Shown in pieces: positions 1-7,182 of a stretch of 64,000 nucleotides of DNA. This DNA comes from an uncultured delta proteobacterium (GTDB taxonomy: Bacteria > Desulfobacterota > Desulfuromonadia > Geobacterales > DSM-12255). Where the stretch lies: positions 1-64,000 of the forward strand of contig CAWBBV010000007.1 of the NCBI GenBank assembly GCA_963787125.1, read 5' to 3'. The notes beneath the pieces are model-generated. The model worked only from the letters and a program-made list of their open reading frames with translations. It had not been told where the DNA came from and searched no databases. The position numbers and the translations under genes are program-made. How positions within the stretch are numbered: the stretch's first letter is position 1; the number at the start of each line of letters is the position of its first letter.

Positions 1-548
1 TCGAAGAGTTGGCACAGCGCTGCTCCGGGATGCTGGTGCTGGACGAAACTTATGCCGATTTTGCCGGGTTCAACGCACTTGAGTTGCTCAAGAAGTATGA
101 CAATCTGGTGATAACCCGCTCTCTCTCCAAGAGTTATGCGCTGGCCGGAATGCGCCTCGGCCTGGCAATTGCCCGCCCTGAGGTAATTGAAGCACTGGAC
201 AAGATCCGCGATCATTACAATCTCGACCGCCTCGCCCAGGCCGCCTGTGTGGCGGCGCTTCGCGATCAGGATTATCTCCGGGAATGTTGCCGCAAGATTT
301 GTGAAACACGGGAATGGTTTTCAGCAGAACTGCGCGCCAAAGGTTATGAGGTCATCCCGTCGCAGGGAAATTATGTCTTTGCATCGCCTCCGGATCGCAA
401 CGGCAAGCGGATTTACGATGGTCTTTATGCCCGGAAAATACTGGTGCGACACTTCTCTGACCCTCTTCTGACACACGGCTTACGGATATCAATCGGCACT
501 CGGGAAGAGATGATTAAAACGCTCAATGCAGTTCAGGAGATTGGATAA
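1..548 (+). CDS. hisC: Histidinol-phosphate aminotransferase (5' end outside window)
   Basis: PLP aminotransferase motifs DETYADF and [15 protein letters not shown]; directly upstream of hisB. Confidence 0.93.
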   Translation, partial: EELAQRCSGMLVLDETYADFAGFNALELLKKYDNLVITRSLSKSYALAGMRLGLAIARPEVIEALDKIRDHYNLDRLAQAACVAALRDQDYLRECCRKICETREWFSAELRAKGYEVIPSQGNYVFASPPDRNGKRIYDGLYARKILVRHFSDPLLTHGLRISIGTREEMIKTLNAVQEIG

Positions 549-557
549 GGAGACGTT

Positions 558-1145
558 ATGAAGCGCAGCGCTGCAATCGAACGTGTTACCAGAGAGACCA
601 GTATCCGGCTTTCCTTAAACCTAGATGGAACCGGTATCAGTAAAATTGCTACATCAGTCCCCTTTCTTGACCACATGCTCGATCTTTTTTCCAGGCACGG
701 TCTTTTTGATCTGACCGTCGAGGCCAAAGGGGATATCGATATCGACTTCCACCATACCGTGGAAGATATCGGCATTGTTCTGGGGCAGGCTGTGAAAGAG
801 GCGCTTGGCGACAAAAAAGGGATCCGGCGTTATGGCCAGGCAACTGTGCCGATGGATGAGACACTGGCGGAGGTTGTGGTCGATCTCTCCGGGCGACCGT
901 ATCTGGTTTACAACGTGGATCTGCCCAAGGTGAAGATTGGTGACTTCGATGTTGAGCTTGGCCGGGAGTTCTTTCAGGCCTTTGTGAACAATGTCGGCGC
1001 CAATCTGCATATAAATGTAAAGTATGGTGACAATGTCCACCACGTGCTGGAGGCCTGTTTCAAGGGGGTTGCCAGGGCACTGGATATGGCGACGCAGGTT
1101 GATGCAAGGATTGAAGGGGTCATGTCAACTAAAGGCAAGCTGTAG
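558..1145 (+). CDS. hisB: Imidazoleglycerol-phosphate dehydratase
   Basis: [22 protein letters not shown] and C-terminal STKG motifs; SD AAGGAG. Confidence 0.97.
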   Translation: MKRSAAIERVTRETSIRLSLNLDGTGISKIATSVPFLDHMLDLFSRHGLFDLTVEAKGDIDIDFHHTVEDIGIVLGQAVKEALGDKKGIRRYGQATVPMDETLAEVVVDLSGRPYLVYNVDLPKVKIGDFDVELGREFFQAFVNNVGANLHINVKYGDNVHHVLEACFKGVARALDMATQVDARIEGVMSTKGKL

Positions 1146-1218
1146 AAAAAGTGGGAACTGTAAACTGTGAAATGTAGAACCAAAAGCCTTTACTGATCCC
1201 TGTTCCCAGAGGTTTGAA

Positions 1219-1842
1219 ATGATCGCAATAATTGATTACGGGATGGGCAATCTCCGTTCCGTGCAAAAAGGTTTTGAGCAGGTCGGGTTTGAGGCGGTTG
1301 TCACCGCTGATCCGCGGGTGATTCTGGAGGCGGAGCGGGTTGTGCTGCCGGGTGTAGGCGCCTTCAGGGACTGTATGAAGAACCTTGAGGAGGGCGGTTT
1401 TGTGGAACCGATTCTCAAGGTTATCCGTGAAGGTCGGCCATTTCTCGGCATCTGCCTGGGCCTGCAACTCCTTTTCACCGAGAGTGAAGAGTTCGGCGTC
1501 CATAAAGGACTTGATGTTATCAAGGGCCGCGTTGTCAGATTCCCTGACGGGATGACGGAATGTGGAGAAAAGCTGGCTGTGCCGCACATGGGGTGGAATC
1601 AGCTCAGCTTCACAAGGTCGCTACCGGTTTTCAGCGGTCTGGAGGAAGGGACAAATGTCTATTTCGTCCACTCCTATTATGTCAAACCGGATGATGCCTG
1701 CATTGTTGCCACCACCACCAGCTACGGCCTCGATTTCTGTTCTTCGATCGTCAGGGATAATCTTGTTGCCACCCAGTTTCACCCCGAGAAGTCCCAGGCT
1801 GCCGGGCTTAGAATCTTAAAAAACTTTGGAGAGATGTCGTGA
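1219..1842 (+). CDS. hisH: Imidazole glycerol phosphate synthase, glutaminase subunit
   Basis: [33 protein letters not shown] motifs. Confidence 0.97.
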   Translation: MIAIIDYGMGNLRSVQKGFEQVGFEAVVTADPRVILEAERVVLPGVGAFRDCMKNLEEGGFVEPILKVIREGRPFLGICLGLQLLFTESEEFGVHKGLDVIKGRVVRFPDGMTECGEKLAVPHMGWNQLSFTRSLPVFSGLEEGTNVYFVHSYYVKPDDACIVATTTSYGLDFCSSIVRDNLVATQFHPEKSQAAGLRILKNFGEMS

Positions 1843-2564
1843 TTGTCATACCAGCAATTGATCTGAAAGAAGGTAAATGCGTTCGTCTTGAGCAGGGTTT
1901 GATGGAGCGTGACACGGTTTTTAACGATGATCCGGGCGCCCAGGCAAAGGCCTGGCAGGACCAGGGGGCTGAGCTGCTGCATATTGTCGATCTGGATGGA
2001 GCTTTTGCCGGCGAACCGAAAAACCGTTCCGCCATTGAGCTGATAGTCCGTGCGGTGACCATCCCGACCCAACTTGGCGGTGGAATTCGCGATCTGGCGA
2101 CGATTGAAGCGTACCTTGCTCTTGGTATAGGTCGGGTTATCATCGGTACGGCAGCCCAGAGAAATCCGGAATTGGTAAAAGAGGCCTGTGCAAAATTTCC
2201 CGGCAGAATTGTGGTTGGTATCGATGCGAAAGATGGCATGGTTGCGGTGCAGGGGTGGGCTGAAGTTACCGGCATAACAGCGGTGGAGTTGGCAAAGAAG
2301 TTCGAAGGCTTTGGCGTTTCGGCGATTATTTATACTGATATCAGTCGCGACGGCATGCTGCAGGGGCCGAACATCGAGGCGACACGGCAGTTGGCAGAGG
2401 CGATCAGCATCCCGGTTATCGCTTCCGGCGGACTCTCTACATTGAAGGATATCGAGAACCTTATGGCGATAGAGTCGGCAGGTGTGACCGGCGTCATCAC
2501 CGGCAAGGCTATCTATACGGGTGCCATAGATCTTGCGGAAGCGATCAGAGTGAGTAAAGGGTAG
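1839..2564 (+). CDS. hisA: ProFAR isomerase
   Basis: [35 protein letters not shown] motifs. Confidence 0.97.
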   Translation: MIVIPAIDLKEGKCVRLEQGLMERDTVFNDDPGAQAKAWQDQGAELLHIVDLDGAFAGEPKNRSAIELIVRAVTIPTQLGGGIRDLATIEAYLALGIGRVIIGTAAQRNPELVKEACAKFPGRIVVGIDAKDGMVAVQGWAEVTGITAVELAKKFEGFGVSAIIYTDISRDGMLQGPNIEATRQLAEAISIPVIASGGLSTLKDIENLMAIESAGVTGVITGKAIYTGAIDLAEAIRVSKG

Positions 2565-2570
2565 GGCTGG

Positions 2571-2861
2571 ATGATTGGTTTGCATGATCTTTTTGAATAT
2601 GATGACCGCAAGGCATGGACAAACCTGAAAAAGCATCGCGTGTCATTCGAAGAGTCTATGACCGCATTCATAGATCCATTATCCCTTACTATTCAAGACC
2701 CATTGCACTCCGCTGACGAAGAGCGCCGTATCATTGTTGGGCGGTCAGTAAAGAACCGGTTGCTTGTTGTTGTCCATGTTGACCGCGGAGCAAAAATACG
2801 GATCATCAGCGCAAGAAAGGCATCTGCCAATGAAAGGAAAAGATATGAAGAAGCTTGCTGA
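2571..2861 (+). CDS. BrnT-family (DUF497) ribonuclease toxin
   Basis: FEYDDRKAWTNLKKHRVSFEE...HSADEERRIIVG...IRIISARKA pattern typical of BrnT. Confidence 0.85.
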   Translation: MIGLHDLFEYDDRKAWTNLKKHRVSFEESMTAFIDPLSLTIQDPLHSADEERRIIVGRSVKNRLLVVVHVDRGAKIRIISARKASANERKRYEEAC

Positions 2862-3072
2862 CAGGGTCAAGGAACCGGATATGCTTGCAGAGTACGATTT
2901 CAACGGTGGAATACGCGGCAAGTATGCAGAGCGCTTCAAAGAGGTTAAAAATGATGTGATCGTATTAGCTCCTGATGTTGCAGAAGTCTTTGGTGACTCC
3001 AAAGCAGTTAATGAAGCGCTTCGGGTAATTGCAAAAATTGCCGGTAAGCAAGCAAAAAAACTTGCCGCTTGA
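2845..3072 (+). CDS. BrnA-like antitoxin (75 aa)
   Basis: ATG at 2845 overlaps toxin 3' end; EYDF..G.RGKY...LAPDVAEVF.DSKAVNEALR pattern of BrnT partners. Confidence 0.75.
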   Translation: MKKLADRVKEPDMLAEYDFNGGIRGKYAERFKEVKNDVIVLAPDVAEVFGDSKAVNEALRVIAKIAGKQAKKLAA

Positions 3073-3089
3073 GATGAGGTTTATAAGTA

Positions 3090-3851
3090 ATGCTGACTAA
3101 GAGAATTATTCCCTGTCTCGATGTAACCGGCGGACGTGTGGTGAAAGGGGTTCAGTTCCTTGAACTGCGGGATGCCGGTGATCCGGTTGAGATCGCAGAG
3201 ATCTACAACGCTCAAGGTGCTGACGAGTTGACTTTTCTGGATATCACCGCTTCCAGTGACGGCAGGGATACCATGGTTGACGTCGTCCGCAAGACGGCTG
3301 AACGGGTCTTTATGCCGCTCACTGTCGGCGGCGGCATCAGAGTGGTCGAAGATATTCGCCGGATGCTCAATGCCGGTGCTGACAAGGTTTCAATTAATAC
3401 GGCAGCTGTCCATAATCCTGATTTTGTCCAGGAGGCGGCGCAGCGTTTCGGCTCACAGTGCACGGTCGTGGCGATAGATGCCCGTAAGGTGCCGGGAGAG
3501 CAGCGCTGGGAGGTTTATACCCATGGCGGGCGTAAGTCGACAGGGATTGACGCGGTCGAATGGGCTGCCAGGATGGAAGCTTACGGCGCCGGTGAAATTC
3601 TCCTTACCAGTATGGATCGTGATGGCACCAAAGATGGCTATGATGTTGCCCTTACCCGTGCGGTTGTCGATGCGGTCGGGATTCCGGTGATCGCTTCGGG
3701 CGGGGTCGGCACGCTGGAACATCTCTATGACGGTTTTGCCGTCGCCGGAGCGAGCGCCTGTCTGGCCGCATCAATCTTCCACTTCCGTCAGCACACTGTG
3801 GCTGAGGCAAAGGAATATCTCAGGGGCAGGGGGGTTTCGGTCCGACTATGA
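3090..3851 (+). CDS. hisF: Imidazole glycerol phosphate synthase, cyclase subunit
   Basis: [31 protein letters not shown] motifs. Confidence 0.97.
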   Translation: MLTKRIIPCLDVTGGRVVKGVQFLELRDAGDPVEIAEIYNAQGADELTFLDITASSDGRDTMVDVVRKTAERVFMPLTVGGGIRVVEDIRRMLNAGADKVSINTAAVHNPDFVQEAAQRFGSQCTVVAIDARKVPGEQRWEVYTHGGRKSTGIDAVEWAARMEAYGAGEILLTSMDRDGTKDGYDVALTRAVVDAVGIPVIASGGVGTLEHLYDGFAVAGASACLAASIFHFRQHTVAEAKEYLRGRGVSVRL

Positions 3852-4177
3852 ATGACGATACGCTACAGGTCCTTTTCAGAACCATCCTTCAGCGCAAGGC
3901 CCACCCGGCTGAGAACTCCTATACCGCTTCACTTCTTGCCAAGGGTGGGGACAAGATCCTCAAGAAACTCGGGGAGGAATCCACGGAACTGGTGATTGCA
4001 GGAAAAGGCGGGGTGCAGAGTGAGATAGTCTGCGAAACAGCCGATCTCCTTTATCACACCCTTGTGCTGCTGGCCTATCACGATGTGACTCTGGATGATG
4101 TCTATGCTGAGCTTTGCCGGCGTTTTGGAATGTCAGGGATTGAAGAGAAGGCGTCAAGAGGGGCTTCAGTTGTATGA
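3848..4177 (+). CDS. hisE: Phosphoribosyl-ATP diphosphatase
   Basis: [21 protein letters not shown] motifs. Confidence 0.93.
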   Translation: MNDDTLQVLFRTILQRKAHPAENSYTASLLAKGGDKILKKLGEESTELVIAGKGGVQSEIVCETADLLYHTLVLLAYHDVTLDDVYAELCRRFGMSGIEEKASRGASVV

Positions 4178-4209
4178 TATTTGATGTTTCACTTGTAAAA
4201 GGAAAAACG

Positions 4210-4440
4210 ATGTTATGTCCATTGTGTAATGGCTCCATAAAAAAAGGGGCTGCCAATCTTCCTTATCGCCTTTCAGATTAACAACTCGTTGTTATGGTGG
4301 ATGTTCCTGCCCTTGTTTGTGAGCAATGCGGTGATGAATATATTGAAATTGCTGTTGTCAGAAAGCTTGAAAAGATGATTGAAAAGGGCAAGTCTGATGG
4401 TATCAGTATGGGATTTGTAGAATATGATCTGGCCGCATGA
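4210..4440 (+). pseudogene. YgiT/MqsA-type zinc-finger protein with in-frame stop (not in ORF track)
   Basis: Hand translation: MLCPLCNGSIKKGAANLPYRLSD*QLVVMVDVPALVCEQCGDEYIEIAVVRKLEKMIEKGKSDGISMGFVEYDLAA*; CxxC...VPAxVCxxCG; TAA at 4279-4281. Confidence 0.8.
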
Positions 4441-4489
4441 GTTAGACTCAGGCAGTGAATAAGTCTGTCAGTGGAAAGAATGAAAATAG

Positions 4490-4517
4490 TTGACTTTTCC
4501 CTCGCTTAGTGTAAATT
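4490..4517 (+). promoter_or_regulatory. Putative sigma70 promoter of the lipoprotein/CHAT operon
   Basis: TTGACT (4490-4495), 16-nt spacer, TAAATT (4512-4517); A-rich sequence upstream. Confidence 0.55.
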
Positions 4518-4546
4518 CCTCAAAAAAATATTACAAGGCATTTCTA

Positions 4547-4615
4547 ATGCACAGCCCACAGCCCACAGCCCACAGCCCACAGCCCACAGCCCACAGCCCA
4601 CAGCTAAGCATGTAA
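4547..4615 (+). CDS. Repeat-encoded leader peptide M-HSPQPTA-HSPQPTA-HSPQ-LSM (22 aa)
   Basis: ATG at 4547 immediately precedes the repeat tract; weak SD AAGG at 4535-4538; TAA at 4613-4615. Confidence 0.55.
   Translation: MHSPQPTAHSPQPTAHSPQLSM
4550..4604 (+). repeat. Perfect heptanucleotide tandem repeat (CACAGCC)x7 + CACAGC
   Basis: 55 nt of uninterrupted repeat read directly from the sequence. Confidence 0.98.
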
Positions 4616-4642
4616 GCAATAACTGCATATTCCCGCACGTTC

Positions 4643-4683
4643 AGACCTCCGGGGCTTTCAAAGCCTTAGAGGTCTTTTTGTTT
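4643..4683 (+). terminator. Intrinsic terminator/attenuator in the 5' leader of the operon
   Basis: Stem AGACCTCCGGGGCTT / AAGCCTTAGAGGTCT (one mismatch, two G-U), loop TCA, then TTTTGTTT. Confidence 0.8.
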
Positions 4684-4751
4684 GATAGTTACACGCCGAC
4701 ATTGGTTATCTGCCGATGAACAGCGATTATTTCTAATAAAGGAGGGTTAGT

Positions 4752-5741
4752 GTGAACAGATTACTTTTGCTATTGTTTGTGGTTGTAGCGTTTTGCTCAG
4801 GTTGTGCAACGGCGGTGGAAACGGTGGTGCCACCGTCATTCTCTTTCAAATGGGAGTCTGATGTTTCTCTAAAGTTGACGCAAGATCAACAAAACACCAG
4901 ATATGTGCCAAAAGATGGTATTGGAAAGGCAACTCAGGACAATGTCACAGTTGAAGTGAGTGATATTGTTTCATCACAAAGTGAAAATGATTACACAATC
5001 AAAGTCAAGGATGGCGAGAAAGAGCATAATTTTAGCGTATTTCCTATGTTGCTTGTTCTCAGAATAATCAATAACACCGATCATATTGTGACACTTGAAC
5101 GAACTATCGTAAAGATTGAGGACGACAAGCAAAACGATTACCCGATGATAAACTCAATTGCGGAAATCAAGCAGCAGTCAAAAGCAACTTTAGAAAGAAT
5201 GTATGCGGAGCATCTTAAGCAATTCAGGGAAACGTATTTGGCCGATGTTAAAGATAAAATCAATGGACCTTATAAAACTCAATACGATCAATTTGCTACA
5301 GATGTCAGGGCGAAAATGGCTAAAGAAGTTCAAATTCGATTTCCCGAAACTGAGCCTGGCAAAATAGTCACAGTGTATGGCCTAAATGAATATTTAAAAT
5401 TTTATTCGCCTGTAGAGGTTTATGCAAGGCAGAAAAAAGCTCTTGATGAGCGCAGTAATAAAATAGAGGCGCTTAGCAAGAGCATCGTTGAAAGATATTC
5501 TCAGCAAATCGATAAGAAAATACCTTCTAACATGAAAGGTGTTATAACCAGCGGGGTCTATCAGCCAATTAATATATTGCCAGGAAGAAGTGAAAAAGTA
5601 CTTGTACCGTTCAGCAAGAGAAAAGAGGATGAAGTAATCAAAAAAATCAATATAGGAATTTATGACCTCCCGACCATGGTGAACGAAGCTGGTGTGCCGA
5701 CAAAACGTGCAAAATTCAATTTTGAGATGGTGGCAAAATAA
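4752..5741 (+). CDS. Hypothetical lipoprotein (329 aa)
   Basis: GTG start after SD GGAGGG; signal peptide ending in lipobox-like CSGC; central helical region. Confidence 0.75.
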   Translation: MNRLLLLLFVVVAFCSGCATAVETVVPPSFSFKWESDVSLKLTQDQQNTRYVPKDGIGKATQDNVTVEVSDIVSSQSENDYTIKVKDGEKEHNFSVFPMLLVLRIINNTDHIVTLERTIVKIEDDKQNDYPMINSIAEIKQQSKATLERMYAEHLKQFRETYLADVKDKINGPYKTQYDQFATDVRAKMAKEVQIRFPETEPGKIVTVYGLNEYLKFYSPVEVYARQKKALDERSNKIEALSKSIVERYSQQIDKKIPSNMKGVITSGVYQPINILPGRSEKVLVPFSKRKEDEVIKKINIGIYDLPTMVNEAGVPTKRAKFNFEMVAK

Positions 5742-5761
5742 ACTATATGGAAGGAGAAAAG

Positions 5762-6082
5762 ATGAAGAAAATAATAAAGACAGTTTTCGCGGTGGTAATT
5801 GCAGCATCTCTGCTGGCATGTGGTCCAACGCATAAGCTAATCGGTGAGAATAAGTATAGCGTCAGGGCTGATGATTTCAACACGATACCAATTCTTCAAT
5901 TTTTGGTGCCAAATTTTGGGTGCTCTACTGCTGAAGAGCGTTTCGACGAGACTGCCTTAAAACTTTGCCATAATGGATTTGATGTGACAAACAAGTCTCA
6001 AACGGGTGGAACTAGTAAAGATCCTCTTTGTGTCGTATTTGGGGAGATTGCATGCAGAGCAGCCAGTAGCAAAGTCGAATAA
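5762..6082 (+). CDS. Small Cys-containing lipoprotein
   Basis: ATG 5762 after SD AAGGAG; MKKIIK...LLAC lipobox; four further Cys. Confidence 0.75.
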   Translation: MKKIIKTVFAVVIAASLLACGPTHKLIGENKYSVRADDFNTIPILQFLVPNFGCSTAEERFDETALKLCHNGFDVTNKSQTGGTSKDPLCVVFGEIACRAASSKVE

Positions 6083-6102
6083 AGAAAAAATAATGAGATT
6101 TT

Positions 6103-6140
6103 AAAAGGTAGTCGGATATGTTCGGCTACCTTTTTTGTTT
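6103..6140 (+). terminator. Intra-operon hairpin with U-tract
   Basis: AAAAGGTAGTCGGA-TATG-TTCGGCTACCTTTT then TTGTTT, directly followed by SD AGGAGG. Confidence 0.7.
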
Positions 6141-6150
6141 AGGAGGAACC

Positions 6151-7182
6151 ATGTACAGACTCATATTGATATTTATCTTGCTTGTGACCGGATGTGGAAC
6201 AGTGCAACGCACTACATCAAAAATTTCTTATGACGAAGTTGACTTGGGTAAAAAACTTCCCATGACTTGCCGGATTTCATTTGCACCCAGTGTTGACAAG
6301 CTTAAAGCTTCAACCAGTTATGAAATGAAAGTCTCCATAAATGACGAAAAACAACATGAGCGAATGGGTGTAGACATGGGGCCTTCGCTAAAAGAAAGCA
6401 TGATGAGTGCACTTAAAGGCCGTTGTACTGAAATAATAGACGAGAGTTCGGCTGTTAAAGATTCCGGTGCCGCAACATTTAACCCTTACAACACGACTTG
6501 TATTATTACATTTGACCCGGATCAACCGGTAGTAACCGGAAAAGGTGCCGCTGCCGGATTCAATAGCAAAACTCAGGGTGGCTATGCCCTGAAAATGAAA
6601 GTAAAAGTAACGATTAAAACAGTGGCCGGTGAGGTCTTTAGTACTGAGGTCTATGATGTAAAGGGAACAGGTGAGTTGGGAGGGGGGGGGGCTTTTGTCG
6701 GCGGAATGGCAGCAGCTTTGACGCTTGGTTTAGCCGCTGATGCTTCTGCCGGGCAGCAATTGGTAAACGGCGCTGAATCTTTAATCGCAGATCTTATCAG
6801 TAAAACATTGCGTTCATTAAATGCTGATTTTGTAGCTGAATTCACAGAATTCACAGTCTATTCCACAGCAATGAAGAGTAAATCGGTTAACGACTTGCAA
6901 CTGTTCCTTGATAAATATCCTCGCGGCAAGCGTGCCCGCAAGGTGCAGGCTGAGTTAGATAACCAGATGTATGAGTTTGCGGTATCCTCTAATATGCTGG
7001 AATCTTACATTGATTACCTGGAAAAGATGCCTAAGGGTAAATACCGTCCTCAAGTCAAAAACAAGGCAGAGCCCCTTATGTTTGCCGAGATAGCCAAAGG
7101 AAATCTGTTCTTCTGTGGAAAGTACAAGGAACTATTGCCCGATGGGGAGAATACCAGTGAAGTCAATCAAAAGTGTAAATAG
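6151..7182 (+). CDS. Lipoprotein with glycine-rich segment and C-terminal YL..YP.G-type helical repeats
   Basis: ATG 6151 after AGGAGG; lipobox VTGC; repeats LFLDKYPRGK, YLEKMPKGKY, YKELLPDGEN. Confidence 0.75.
   Translation: MYRLILIFILLVTGCGTVQRTTSKISYDEVDLGKKLPMTCRISFAPSVDKLKASTSYEMKVSINDEKQHERMGVDMGPSLKESMMSALKGRCTEIIDESSAVKDSGAATFNPYNTTCIITFDPDQPVVTGKGAAAGFNSKTQGGYALKMKVKVTIKTVAGEVFSTEVYDVKGTGELGGGGAFVGGMAAALTLGLAADASAGQQLVNGAESLIADLISKTLRSLNADFVAEFTEFTVYSTAMKSKSVNDLQLFLDKYPRGKRARKVQAELDNQMYEFAVSSNMLESYIDYLEKMPKGKYRPQVKNKAEPLMFAEIAKGNLFFCGKYKELLPDGENTSEVNQKCK
6682..6691 (+). repeat. G10 homopolymer inside the lipoprotein CDS
   Basis: GGA GGG GGG GGG GCT, currently in frame. Confidence 0.9.

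Noticed and set aside
1779..2636. Long antisense ORFs (also 12843-13553, 42144-43043, 47124-47927)
   Set aside because: They are shadows of well-conserved genes on the opposite strand, with no recognisable motifs.
4550..4604. Repeat tract as a CRISPR array or as a classical His-leader attenuator
   Set aside because: There are no spacers. The peptide has only 3 scattered His codons and lies downstream of the his genes, in front of unrelated genes.
6118..6150. ORF-track start at 6118 (similar over-extended starts at 7115, 10178, 26742, 33480, 35127, 50500)
   Set aside because: Downstream starts have better SD sequences and give proper signal peptides or family N-termini.
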